Source of the DNA: Hydrolagus colliei
Taxonomy: Eukaryota
Direction: 5' to 3'
Assembly: GCA_035084275.1 (NCBI GenBank)
Contig: CM068748.1
Location: forward strand, 10,974,001-11,038,000
Length of the DNA: 64,000 nucleotides
The notes beneath the pieces are model-generated. The model worked only from the letters and a program-made list of their open reading frames with translations, had not been told where the DNA came from and did no database searches. The translations under genes were made by a program, and so were the position numbers. This document shows positions 36,765 to 49,254 of the stretch, piece after piece (position 1 is the stretch's first letter; every line of letters begins with the position of its first letter).

Positions 36765-38171
36765 TTCTTTACCATCAGACTTCCCTTCTTATAATACCTG
36801 TGCCAGTTTTACAAACAATTATAAGAATGCATTGCTGGAGAATAAAAACACATTGTGACCTACTTCACCAATCCCAGTTTTATCTTTAATATTTATATAC
36901 TGTTTTGGGATCACGGCTGAAGGATTAAATTGATTACATCGACACACAATTCCAGGCAGCTGATCTGCAGTGGATCACTTGAAAGCTGCTGCACAAATAT
37001 TGTCAAACATCACATGATCAATTGTGGTGATACTATTGGAATATATAGTTCATCTCCAACATAGAGGCTGTCATACAATGATATGACATATTCTATCTGA
37101 CAGCATCTACCATCACCTTCCAAAAATACTTGAAAGGCACAGGAGAGGCCAGGCCATTGTGAGTGTGACAAGAAGAGTGGAAATATCTGGGTTGTAGTAC
37201 AATTTCAATTGTACCATCACAAGTATGACGTCTCAATGATCTGTCAACCAACCTGAATTATTAAACACTTCAGGATATGAAATACATCCTCTGGAAGTTC
37301 AAAGGGTCACAAAGTTTGGTTCATCCTGTGCAGTTCAATTGAAGCCCCCCAAAAAAGAAAAATGAGCGAAAGCCATTTGGTATTTCAGATTGTAAGAATA
37401 TAAGCATGGAATTAAAAATCTAATCCAATTTCCTATGGCCTGTACTGAAACCATTTCATCTCTTCAAGTGAGGTACTTAGAGGAATTAAAGTTGCACTTG
37501 TAACAAGAATGCAGATATCGTCTGATCTTTTGATTCGTGGTAATGCTCAAAACCATGTCTCTGAACTTTTTGCATCATTCTACAATAGATTTCTCTGCTT
37601 GCAGATTGTGCATTTACCAAAGTACATGAGATGTGGTGGAATGAATACAAAGTGATGGTGTAAAAATGCTGATGTCAGGTTGAATTTCTTTTGGTTTTGC
37701 TGTTATGAATCAGTTCAAGACAGTGATCCCAACTAATGTGACATTTCACTACTGAAAATTATGGGTCAGATATTTCCTCTAGGTTCAAGGTACTTACCAT
37801 TAGGTATAAACCAATATTAGCAAATATTTTAGTCATGGAAGATTTATATGCTTCAATTAATTGTTTTATATCACCAACTACAAACACTCAGAGATCCACA
37901 CGATGAGGCTACTGGATATTTATGTGAATTTAGAATAGCTTTTCAAGGTCAGTATTTGTCAAGAGATTCAGGTTGTCTGATGCAGCAATAGAGAACAGTG
38001 GCAAATTCCCTACCTAAAAACCTTGAATGATTAAAAATGGTTTTAAAATATCCACACATCCCTACATTATGTGATATTTTCTCCTTTCTTGGCCTCAAAT
38101 CTCCAAATACATTCTTCCCATGCATAAACTGTATTACAGCTATTGTTTCCCCAGTATTACCTCTATTATAT

Positions 38172-38245
38172 AGTCCCGTAGGTCAGTGGTTAGAGCACTC
38201 TCCTTACAAACGTAAGACCTGTGTTCGAATCCAGGCAGGGCAAAT
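38172..38245 (+). mobile_element. Isolated tRNA-SINE head
   Basis: agtcccgtaggtcagtggttagagcactc..gacctgtgttcgaatccaggcagggc matches the 3151 head. Confidence 0.75.
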
Positions 38246-38514
38246 TTCCAAGAGAAGCCTTCAATGTAACATTTCTATACACGCTTCACATGAGAAGACA
38301 CACTAGAGAGCTTAATGCATTTTCAGTTTTATAGTAAATGCCTTTTGTTGTTTTGCCTCTTATGCATACATGATTAAAGTAAGATTGAAACATGATTTAA
38401 AGTGTTTTCACCCCGGAAATCTGACGAGAAATTATCCTAAATACAATTTATCAATAAATATTAACTTTGAATTAGTATTAATTCAGGTGTAAGACTTTCA
38501 AATGGAAAACTTGT

Positions 38515-38924
38515 GTATTCAATTCAAGATCCTGGTGCTCACATTCAAAGCCCTCCATGGCCTCGCCCCACCCAATCTCTGTGACCTCCTAATCCTCCTA
38601 ACCAACCTGCTCACCCCCTTCGCTAAGCAGACTCCGGGCTACTCCATGTCCCCCGACCCACCCGCAGGTGAGCCTTCAGCCACAGGGCCCCCAATCGCTG
38701 GAACTCCATCCCGCACTCCCTCCACCTCGCCCCGCTTCCTAGCCTCCTTCTTGTCCCACATCAAGACCCTCCTCTTTGCTAGTCCCATCAGTCACCCCAA
38801 ATCCCCTCCTTTCCCTCCACCCTCCCCATCCCCGACCCCAGCTCAGGTCTGAAACAATGTCCAGCGCCTTGGGACGTCCTCCTGACTTGAAAGGTACTAT
38901 ATCAGTGTAATTTTGTTGTTGTTA
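38515..38924 (+). mobile_element. L2 LINE 3' end with end of ORF2
   Basis: IQFKILVLTFKALHGLAPPNLCDLL is an L2 ORF2 motif; tail cagcgccttgggacgtcctcctgacttgaaagg..(TTG)n; TGTATT target-site duplication. Confidence 0.88.
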
Positions 38925-39120
38925 TGTATTGCGGCACTTTACAACATACATTCACCAATTTGAAAAATATAATTAATAGATGAATTCTAAAATGCAATGG
39001 TGTTGTTAAGTAGAATTTAACCATTAACTGGATATATTTAGTATGCTGGTGAGCAATAAAGACTAAATAATAAAACATATATTCAAATAATTTATGCTTG
39101 AATTGAACATTTTACATGAT

Positions 39121-39175
39121 GTGCTCTGGGATGCTACCCTGCTTGAGAACCGTTATATAAATGCTAGTTGTTGAT
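39121..39175 (+). mobile_element. Short L2 tail
   Basis: gtgctctgggatgctaccctgc..tatataaatgctagttgttg; same type as the tail at ~8900. Confidence 0.6.
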
Positions 39176-39894
39176 AGAATGAATGGGATTTTTTTGTCAA
39201 CTGGAATGCAATGCTATCAATTCAAAATGATTGGAAAGAGTTTGATATAAAGTACTGTACTCACATTCTGCACAATATCGAAAAAGATATTAAGAAGTGG
39301 GCGGGTGTAAGGACAATCTGCTGGAATTCTTCAAAAATTGCATCAAATAAGAAATGATTTGGTTTATTGGTATTCCAGATCATCTGAAGCAGCTTAGTCC
39401 ACTGGAATGGTACACAATGGCTATGAATGAGGTGCAATTTAGTTCAATTGAAATTCTATATAATGGAAAGATACTTGATTCATACAGTTGTGGTGAAGTA
39501 GTTCATTTGGATTCTTTAATGGGATAGGAATAAGGAATTACAGTACTTAGTTCATTTGGATTCTATACAGAGGAAGGTGAAGTGCTTTGTCCATAGGATG
39601 CATTTGAATCAGAATTATATTTGGATATCCATTTGTGTGTCAACGTTATGTGAAATCTTACCAGTACATTAAATATAGAAACTATCAATTCGTAGAATGA
39701 AACATGTCAGAGAATCCAGCTTCTAACCATGAAAATATGCCTGAAATGATTTTTCTAACAACAAAAACCGGGGGGAATACCAATTAAGAATCAACAGTTC
39801 TAGTTAAAAGGATACATTATGCGGGAGGCAGCTGATCATATTTTGTTATACAATGTTTTCTTCATTTAATGGAGAGAAACATAATAATAAGTAT

Positions 39895-40042
39895 TAATAA
39901 CAATCCTTGCATTTCATATAGCGTCTTAGTTATCATGTCTTCGAGACATCTCAAAGCACTCCAAAGAGTATACTGTAGTGAATTGAATTGACTATATATG
40001 AATAGTGAATTGAATTGACGATATATTTTGTGAGCGAAACAC
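39895..40042 (-). mobile_element. SINE 3' fragment with internal duplication
   Basis: caatccttgcatttcatatagcg..gacatctcaaagcact; tagtgaattgaattgac occurs twice. Confidence 0.7.
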
Positions 40043-40727
40043 TGTTTGTTTGTTTGTTTATTTATTATTCATATCATAGAATTAATTTGGAATCAATTAT
40101 TTAGTATTAGTATAACAGAATTATCTATTTAAATAGTAGTTGAAGCAAAGGGAATTTATATGGGAATTATTTTAAGAAAAATCTAAAGGGTCACAGGAAA
40201 AAAAGACTGAAATGCAGGACTAAATCAATAGCTTTCACTGTTGCAATTAGTTGAATGGTCTGCTTCTGTAATGTACAATTGTCTTCCAGAGAATATTTCA
40301 TCACAACCTTTTAGGACATTGGCCATAACCAGATAAGAATTCTATGAACAGCTGAGAGAGAGACCTTCCAATTTGCAACTGTCTTCAGAAAAAATGGTTA
40401 TTTAAAGCCAGAAAAGTCAGAAAATCACAAGGTGGTGGAAAATCATGCTGTTGCAAAGTCTATCAACTGTTGAGTAAGAATCAGTTTTGCAAAAACATTG
40501 GGAGTTATTTAAAAAAACTTTGAATTTATTGGTGAAAATCATGGAGTGAAAATCAAACCATTTAATATAATTTCTATGAAATACATTCATGTTATGTAGG
40601 AGAAAGGCACCATATCTTTTTTAATTTTTGCTTTTGAAAAGCTGTCAGGGATAAGCATTCAAAACCTACCCACTCAATAAACAAAATAAAGCTCTTGGTT
40701 TGTCTCAAAACTATTGTAGTAAGTATT

Positions 40728-40795
40728 CAGCGCCTTGGGGCGTCCTCCTGACGTGATAGGCACTCTGTAAATGTCATTTTGTTGTTGTTGTTGTT
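40728..40795 (+). mobile_element. Minimal L2 tail insertion
   Basis: cagcgccttggggcgtcctcctgacgtgataggcact..(TTG)n with a GTATT duplication. Confidence 0.8.
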
Positions 40796-41154
40796 GTATT
40801 TATTTATGGGACACAGAGAATAATCTTGATTGAGTGTACAATGTCACCTCATCTGAAACTAAAGCAGCCAAATACCAGAAATGAAAAATAACATTGGTCA
40901 CCAACTGAGTGTAGTATACTACAGTTTCTCATCTGAAAATAAACTTCTATCTGTGGACTGGGTGGAATTTTAGAAATGCAACTATTAATAAAGGAGCACA
41001 ACAATTTAAATTACTATTATTTGAAATGATCAAAAACTAAACGACATCAATGGTGTCGATAAAAGATGAGCTATTAAAAATGTAGGTAGAGATGAACGTT
41101 TTACATTAATTAATATATTAAATTAATACTTTTCCCAAAAATGTGTTTTGAACC

Positions 41155-41325
41155 CAGCTATTCCTGGATATCGTGCTTCTCGCTCCACCATCTGTGGATC
41201 GGGCCTTTATCCTTTCTGCCTCCACCCTCTGGAATGCCATCCTGGATTCCCTTCACCTCTCCTCCACTTTTTCTCCTTCAAAGATCTTCTCATGACCCTC
41301 TTTGACTGTGCCGTTCAGTCATTCT
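41155..41325 (+). mobile_element. Degenerate L2 fragment
   Basis: cgctccaccatc..gcctt..ccaccctctggaatgccatc..tccttcaaa..ctctttgactgtgcc, reading as RSTI...A.TLWNA....SFK..LFD.A. Confidence 0.6.
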
Positions 41326-44300
41326 TCCACGTCCCTTGTCTGCCGTTCAAAGAGGTTCTTTCAGAAAATTAGCTCTTTTATGTGTTTGGCATTAAACAAG
41401 CAATAGTTTTCTGTGGGTACCGTGTAGAAAAGTCTAGATACCATTAAAAAAAAAAAGAGTGATGGATAATGTAGGAAGGAATTTTTACAATCTTGTGTAA
41501 AATATAGCTTAGATACTTCCTTAGGCAGAACTTCATATTATCAGTGCCTGGGTGCCATGGACACTTGAGTGGTTGAAACAGTTGCCCCATGGACAGAATT
41601 TGGTTTGTGAAAATCATCAAACAAACCAAAACAATATCCACTACTGATGTGCTGTTATTTGAATGTATACTGTATTTGTATAGCCTGCTGGAGACAAAGT
41701 GAAAAGGTTCTACATCCCCGTATCCAGATTACCCATTTATGACCTACATATTTTTAAAACTTGAATATTTCAGATTCTGCATTAATTCTTTTCTCCTAGT
41801 ACTCACATGTGACTTTAAATAAAGAAAATGAGAACAGAGAAATGACCTGAGCTACCTTTTTATTAATTTTAAGAAATCATAAAGAGTAACACTATTAACA
41901 AACATTTTCAAATACATTTTTCATTAACCTCACTGGTCATGGTAAATTTGAATTACAACTTTGAATACATCAATATATACACCAGTAATTTGTGCTGTAT
42001 TATGTTATTTGCAATATGACATACCCAACTGTTACAGCAATGAAACACAGTGCTACATGCGCCTTGATTTTATGGTATTAACTGCCCCTTGTCCTTTTTA
42101 TAATTTAACTGATATCAATAATGTCAACCCCGGGCTCCAACAAAAAGAACAAAGTGAAATTTAACTCTAAACAACTGACTGAAATTTTAAGGTTCTACAA
42201 ACATAAAAATCAGTACTAGTGATATACAATACCAGGTTTCGTGCAACATCACAATACCTCTGGGCTGTAATTCCCTTGTATTCCAGGAGAGGTACCAACA
42301 TCCTTTCAATGTGGAGCAATAAGAGTCAGGGGCCAACCAAGCACTTTGGAAGGTTAGCCACACCTCTGTACAAATCCAGCATAGTTAAAAATCAGTTTTG
42401 AGATTGTGTTGGTCTTCACTTATCTAGGGCTGCATAGCACATTCTGACAGAATTACTATTAAATTGATGGAATGGTATATTTAAAAGCCTGTTATATTTT
42501 TGTGATGGTAGACCTGAGTCACAGGGTGAGTCATGTTTCTCATCAAGTCTCTGTGTGTAAAAAAACAGATTAGACAAAGAATCTGTTATTTTAATGACAG
42601 TGGATAGAAATCTGAGTTAGGGGTAATAGATTATTTAATTTCAAAATTGAAGGCCTGAAGCCTGCTGCTGGACAAACCAGTCAATCAAATGGTAATAAAA
42701 TGAGGCAACAGGAATATAGGGGTGTCCTTCATGAATTTTGCTTGAAGGCTTCAAAAGTAATAATACCCTAGAAAATATTTTAACACCAGATCAATACATT
42801 GACTGCTGTCATAACCCATGCCGTTTTCAGAGGTTTTAACTACCATAGCAACAACTTATAAAAATAAAATGTTCTTCTTGAATTATATCCAATTGGAATA
42901 CCAAATTTGTTTTTAAAAAAAGGTATCAGAGAGCAATTCGGCAAAAATAGGAATAGAATTGTGCTTTCAAGGATTCAGAAAAATATATTCTAATATGTCA
43001 TGTCAGACCAATATTTGCAGGTGGTGCAGTCTTGACAATGAAGCAGTATTTTTAAATCCCTGAATGCTTGGTTGCTGACTCATGCCATGCCTTTCTACGT
43101 GGACTGTTCCTGAAACTAAGTTGAAAGGCTGACAAAATAAAAGGTCAAATCATACAGGGAAGTCATTTGCATTTCCTTTTACCCATTAGGATTGTACTGC
43201 ACAGTGCTGTTTAGGTCGAGAAACGAGTTGACAATTTATGCTATTCAGCTCTGCAACCTGAGAAAAACAAGAAAATAACTTAATAATTATAATTATTTTG
43301 TTTTATACAAGTCTTTTGGACGAAAATGTACATCTCAAGAAAACTGCCAAAAAGGCCAGTTTAACTGGAATTAATTAAGGGTTTCAGTTGCAGTTGTAGA
43401 TGATGAGTGCTAATATTTCCTCGACCCAAAAGATGGCCAAGTTTCTCTTTTGGCCTTATACTGTAGAAACCTTTCCAACTTTTGAACAGTATTACCATTG
43501 AAATTCATGTATCCCGGGTGCAGCAATTTAAATACTTTGTACAAATTAAAAATAAAATTAATACTCAGCAAAATCTCTGTGGGGCACTATGCAGTGTTCA
43601 TTCCATTCAATCGTTTCAATCTGCTTAGTTTTGCATTTGAAATATTTTGATCAGTCGTACTATTTACAGACTTTCCTGCATTGCCATAAAAGATATCCGA
43701 ATGAGAAGGAACTTTACATCAATGATATGTCCTTACAGGGTTGTTACAATTTCACCATGGAGTGGTACACACTGTATATTTGGGAAAGAAAAAGCTTAAC
43801 ATATACTATATTTCTAACAAAAACCTGCTGAGAAAATTCCTACTATACCACTAAAAATAACGGAATTCTTGAAACTAAAATGTGCTGACAGACAGTAATG
43901 TTTTATAACTTCCATTTCTTCTTGGAAACATTTGTCATGACGCTGGAACAACACCCCAAACATTTCATAGAATAACTCTTCTTCCCTGCTATGACAATTT
44001 CAAGGTGCGCATAATTACTTAATCCATATAAGGCTTCTTCAGGCTTTATTCATTCCCTGAACAATGCAGTACGTAAGTAAATGAAGTATATACATGAAAT
44101 GATGGAATACATAAGAGTAGCAAGCACAATGTACGTCTGCTAGTTGATTTATAAATCCCTTTCCTCTTGTGGAATTTATAAACGTTTATCAAATGCTTGA
44201 ATTTTCATAAATGCTTTAAAAGCATTTCCTAGGCATCAATATATACCCTCACCGAGTTTCAAGGTGTTTGCATTCTTTCCCACTTCATAGCATTCCAATT

Positions 44301-46505
44301 GTTAAGCCCCATGGCGTATTTTGAAATCAGGTGTGAGAATTTCTTTTATCATTTTAGAACTAAACTTGTGCAATGCTTTGTTCTTTACCAGCCCCATAAA
44401 ATCCCAGACTTTGGCCCATTTGCCTAGATGTACGTCCCCTTTAGGAGAGATCTATTGGGGATGAATTCAGATACGTGTATTTTTATATTTAGCTGGGTTA
44501 AACCAGTAATGCATGAAGGAAGTTAATTGGTATGCTTGAAATAAGAGAAAGAAGATGGATTCTCCATGTTTATTGAGACAAGGTTGAGATAAATTCAAGA
44601 TTTGTTTCCATTCACAAATGCTTAAGCTTACACTAGTTTACGTAGTAGTTGAGCACAAGCTGCCAGGGAGGTAGCAGACGCACTGCAAGCATACATGTGA
44701 GAGCGGGGAATTTGAACAGGCTTGTTGGTCAAAACTAAACCATTCCAACACAAAAACAAATTGAAATTTCAACAAAACACATTCTCTAAGTTATATAACT
44801 GACTGAGATTCTATGAAGGAAATTCACATGATAGCAATATGATTTAACATGAACTTCATCAGTGAAGTAAATCACAATGACAAAACACAGTGCACCTTGG
44901 AAATTAGTCAATGTGAGTGTGCAATTTGTGGTAGGGTTACTGCGGCTTATCATGCTTGTTACTTAGTTCAAACAAATACATGAGTGTTAGGAACAAAGGA
45001 AGCTATTAACAATACTTTTATACCACGGAAAGATGCTGTGCAAATCACAAGTGATAGATACAGCCCCAATGTTTTTTTTAAGCATGTAATGTTTTGATCC
45101 AGTGGGAAGGACTCTACTTGATGCATGTTAATGAAATAGGTTTTAGTAAGACTCCACAATGCTTAGGGACATGTTGTGGTACCCATGACATGAACTGCAT
45201 GTTAGGTGGTTTAAGAGGATGCAGCGATAAGATTAGGAGTGTCCAGGATTAGCACTGTACCTTGGTGGAGCCATTTGTTTAGTTCTTTATTTAGACGGTA
45301 TATTGTGGATCAAACCCATATTTTATGCATGGAGCAGCTTTTTTATTGTTGATATTCCAGAATGGCTCAATGCAGGTATGGTGAGGGAGTTGCCATGGTA
45401 ACATGCAGTGCTTTCAAATGTTCAAAGTGAGCAAATAGCCACTTATTATGGCTGAATTATGATATAATTTGGAACATGTTCTCCATCAGAAATGTGCCCG
45501 TGTTTACTTTAAATCACACGTTTAGGGCTAGTCTGTTTATCTTCTCACATTCCCAGTGACAGTAAATATGAATGCCTACAGTATTATGAACAGTACTACT
45601 ATTCTCTTGTATTCCCATTGTTTATCAGTGGCAATTTCTGTAGAAGGATGTTATGACAGAATAATACATATAGTATTCACGTGCTAGTGAATAAAATGAC
45701 CAATGAAATATCTTCCACAAGGCAACTTGAGCTAAATTGAATTTTTCAAACTCATTATTTCCAAAGTCAGCATTAATACATGAGCATTTTTGTTTTAAAA
45801 ACAGGTGTTTTATATATGGGCTTGGGGGAAAAAAACAGTGAACTAGTTTGGATTTCAAAGATATCTGTTAGTTAATTTTAGTCTGATAAATGCTACAATG
45901 AGAATGTTATACAGTAGTTAAGGATCAGGTCAAGTAAGCTTCAAACTTTCCCAATGAAACGATGCTCCAAAAGTGTCAGGCTGACACATTTTTTTCATGT
46001 AGTGGAAACTGGTGCAATCACTTCCTTTAATACTCCTGAAACAATATTTGCATTATCTTATTCTATGACTTTTAGCCCAATGATTTATCTCCTGAATAAT
46101 GACCTTTTGTCAACATCACTAGAATTTGAATTTTATATTCCCACAATCACATAAAACAAACCAAGATACAGGTGCTCTGTGTAAACACATCACTGAATCC
46201 ATTCATTTTTCAAACAACATTATCAGCATATTTTCAGTTGCATTAAATACATCTGCAGCATGTTAAAAAGTTGTGCCTCTTGAGTGGGATTTTTTTTCAA
46301 GCCTAATGTGCTTCCATTACCCCGGTATACAGGGAAAGAGGAGCAAATCCCTCTTTTGTAGCTGTGACAGCATTGTCGAATGTAATGGCAATGCTGCATG
46401 AACAGCTGTAAACTTGATTCTGCATTGACTCAAACAATGAAATCTAAGCATAGCCAATAGACATAAATTAAAAAGAAACTACTACCTATCCAGTTACAAA
46501 ACTGT

Positions 46506-46560
46506 TGGGACAACCTCCTGACATAAAAGGTGCTCTATAAATGTAATTTTGTTGTTGTTT
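46506..46560 (+). mobile_element. Minimal L2 tail insertion
   Basis: tgggacaacctcctgacataaaaggtgctctataaatgtaattttgttgttg. Confidence 0.7.
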
Positions 46561-48431
46561 GGTGCTGTTCCAAAAATTTGAACTAAAATACCTTGCATTA
46601 TTGTCAGAATGACTCAGTCTTCGAGAACAGAGCTAAAATGCAGATTATTCATGTATTGGGGTTTGCCATTTGCTACTTGATCATGTTCCCTGGGCTAGTG
46701 AAACAATTCACAATATGTAGTTATGCATTATGAAACGCTTATCTGCCTTTACTGTTGAGAAATATATTTGGAAATAAAAGCGTTACTGTTAAAAAACGGT
46801 TTGTTGTACGAACGGGCTAAAGACCCAGAGTTTTACTATTGACCCTTTGTTGCTACACAATAAGACATATAGTATTAGATGAGGATTTTTTTTTTCCAAA
46901 ATTGCTCCTGTTCACCATATAATGTAAAAAGGATGTGTATCAACTTCCCAATGTTTTAAAGAGGCCGTTGACACTTTGATAAATGGCTTTGTTCCTGTTT
47001 CATATTGTACCTATGGTACTTGCATTGTCATGAAGGGAAATGTAATTAACCAAGTAATCCCACAATGTTTATACACATTTTAGTTCCCATTTTAGGTCAC
47101 AACAAATATACCTCAAGTTTCCTAGATGAAAATGTTAAACCAAAAATCCTGTTCACTGACTAAAGCCATAGGAGGATGTATTCTATCTGCTTCCTACCCT
47201 ATTTTCAGCCTTGCAGTCCATGCAAGGAAACTTCACAACAAAAAAAACAATACAATAGGATTTCTAGCATGTGACATTGACATTGTATACAAACAATATA
47301 GCTAAGGGCCATGGGGGATACCGTGAAACATAGGCTTTATCACTGCCTAAGGATTTCTGGTGCAGATGCCTGTGGGTTGCTTGACACTTTAGTCTGTCAG
47401 ATCTGTCTGTATCAATTGGGTCAATTTAATCAATTCTTAGGTCAAACTGACTAAATACTAGGTTAACAATATCTGAAGTGATGCTCTCTTGCCCATACTT
47501 TGTCCTTTGATCATGTTTCACTAGACTGCAAAAGGTCAGTAACAGTTTTCTATTGGAAACAAAATGCTGTACTATAATAGGCTCTGATATGGTTTGAATG
47601 TTTAGAGTTTAAATGAAGTGTAAAACCACTAACTGGTTGACTAAGGCAATTGAATTGTAGAGATATGAAGCTTCAGTAACATAATACCTCCCATCACCAA
47701 GGTTAGTTCCTGCTTAGGGAGATTATGGTCAGGTGAAAGATAGAATAATAGTATTTGCATGTTATTTGATGTCTAATACATAAACCTCTTAATTTTGCAT
47801 TATTATTTCATGGGTTCATTGATTAGCCATTACTTTAGAACAAGGGCTCCTTATTTATATTAATCTCCCATCAATTCTCCCCCCAGCTATTTATTTGCAA
47901 GTGTGGTTATTCACCTGTATTCAATAACTTGATACAGCATTTAAGTGTTCTCCAACAGAATTGATTCCACAGTTGAGAGACTTTTTTTTTTTTTTTTTTG
48001 GGGGGGGGGGTTGGGGGGAACTACAATTGCTACATTTTTATGGCAGAGTGCTACAAGATATGAGATGGGAGTGATGTCTTTTGAGGTACTGAGCCCGCTT
48101 TCAAGAACAGGTATTTTGGGCAGCACAGGAGATATCAATGTAAACATGGTCTTTAGTGATGTGTGTCACGTGTCTTTTGTTTGGCTGCAGGTGAGATGAG
48201 GTCTCAAAGCCAGAGTACAAAGCCAAAAACACAGGGTTTGTGCATGCTATACTGAGAAAATGTTCCTTAAATATTGGAGAAAGGACAGCAGACAGAAATG
48301 TCACGAAGACCAAGCAGGTGAAGATATGAGACTGGTTTCTTAGTGCCGGTATGATATATTTGGTCATGCAATGAAAGAAGGGCAAACACCACAGTATTGA
48401 CTCCTATTGTTCTGTAAGTAAGTGATACTAC

Positions 48432-48540
48432 TAATAATAATCCTTACATTTGATACTGTGCCTTATCACGTCTTCTAGACGTCTCAAAGTGCTTCACAGA
48501 ATATACTGTAAAGTGATTTGAGTATATTTGAGGGCGAAGT
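48432..48540 (-). mobile_element. SINE 3' tail fragment
   Basis: taataataatccttacatttgata..cacgtcttctagacgtctcaaagtgcttcacagaatatactgtaaagtga. Confidence 0.8.
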
Positions 48541-48836
48541 TGTAAAAGAAAAAAAAACTAAAATATAAGCTGATAACATCAATTTGAAATATGTTCTAAG
48601 TGTCCATACCAGAAATATATAACTAATTATATAGTTCATGTGAATTATGAGATGAAACTTGCACACAATGAAGAAAAGGCAAATTTCTAGTGGAATAACA
48701 TTACCACAAGCTGTGCAATGTAATAAGAGAGATTCATTCCCATTACTTTTCAAGTTTGCAGAATTGACTGGGCTACCTTGAGCAGGGAACTCTCCTATTG
48801 AATAAACAGGAAATGGAATACAAGTCACTTTGTATT

Positions 48837-48903
48837 GCGCCTTGGGACGTCCTCCCGACGTGAAAGGCATTCTGTAAATATAAGTTTGTTGTTATTGTTG
48901 TTG
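48837..48903 (+). mobile_element. Minimal L2 tail insertion
   Basis: gcgccttgggacgtcctcccgacgtgaaaggca..(TTG)n with a TTGTATTG duplication. Confidence 0.8.
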
Positions 48904-49019
48904 TATTGACTATTTACAGGCCTATCATCCAAGGTGTAGAAAGTGTGCGCAAGAGTGAAAATCTCCTAATAAAACATAAAATATACACGAGTCAGTCACA
49001 TCTATATAATTGAAATATT

Positions 49020-49254
49020 TGAGTGAGTAGGGAATAGTGACGTATAGGAGAGGGGCCTGGTAGGGGCAATTGGGACGTCCTCCCGACGTGAAAGGCTCCT
49101 CTATAAATGTAATTTTGTTTTGTTGTATAAACCCCGGCATGACTAGTTGGGCCAAATGGCCTGTTTTGGGGCGTCCTCCTGATGTGAAAGGCACTATACA
49201 AGTGTAATTTTGTTGTTGTTGTTTCATGCTGTAGAGTCTATGGGATTCTATGAT
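49020..49254 (+). mobile_element. CR1 3' end carrying two nested minimal L2 tails (49070-49126 and 49167-49224)
   Basis: Removing the two inserts restores ..ggggca-ataaaccccggcatgactagttgggccaaatggcctgttt-catgctgtagagtctatgggattctatgat, a CR1 3' terminus. Confidence 0.75.

Noticed and set aside
38172-38245. tRNA-like sequence (also at 3151, 7098 and others)
   Set aside because: It matches the SINE head and lacks a proper acceptor stem, so it is not a tRNA gene.
39436-39575. Three spaced imperfect repeats of tagttcatttggattct, superficially CRISPR-like
   Set aside because: There are only three short, degenerate units, in a vertebrate context with no cas genes; local duplication is more likely.
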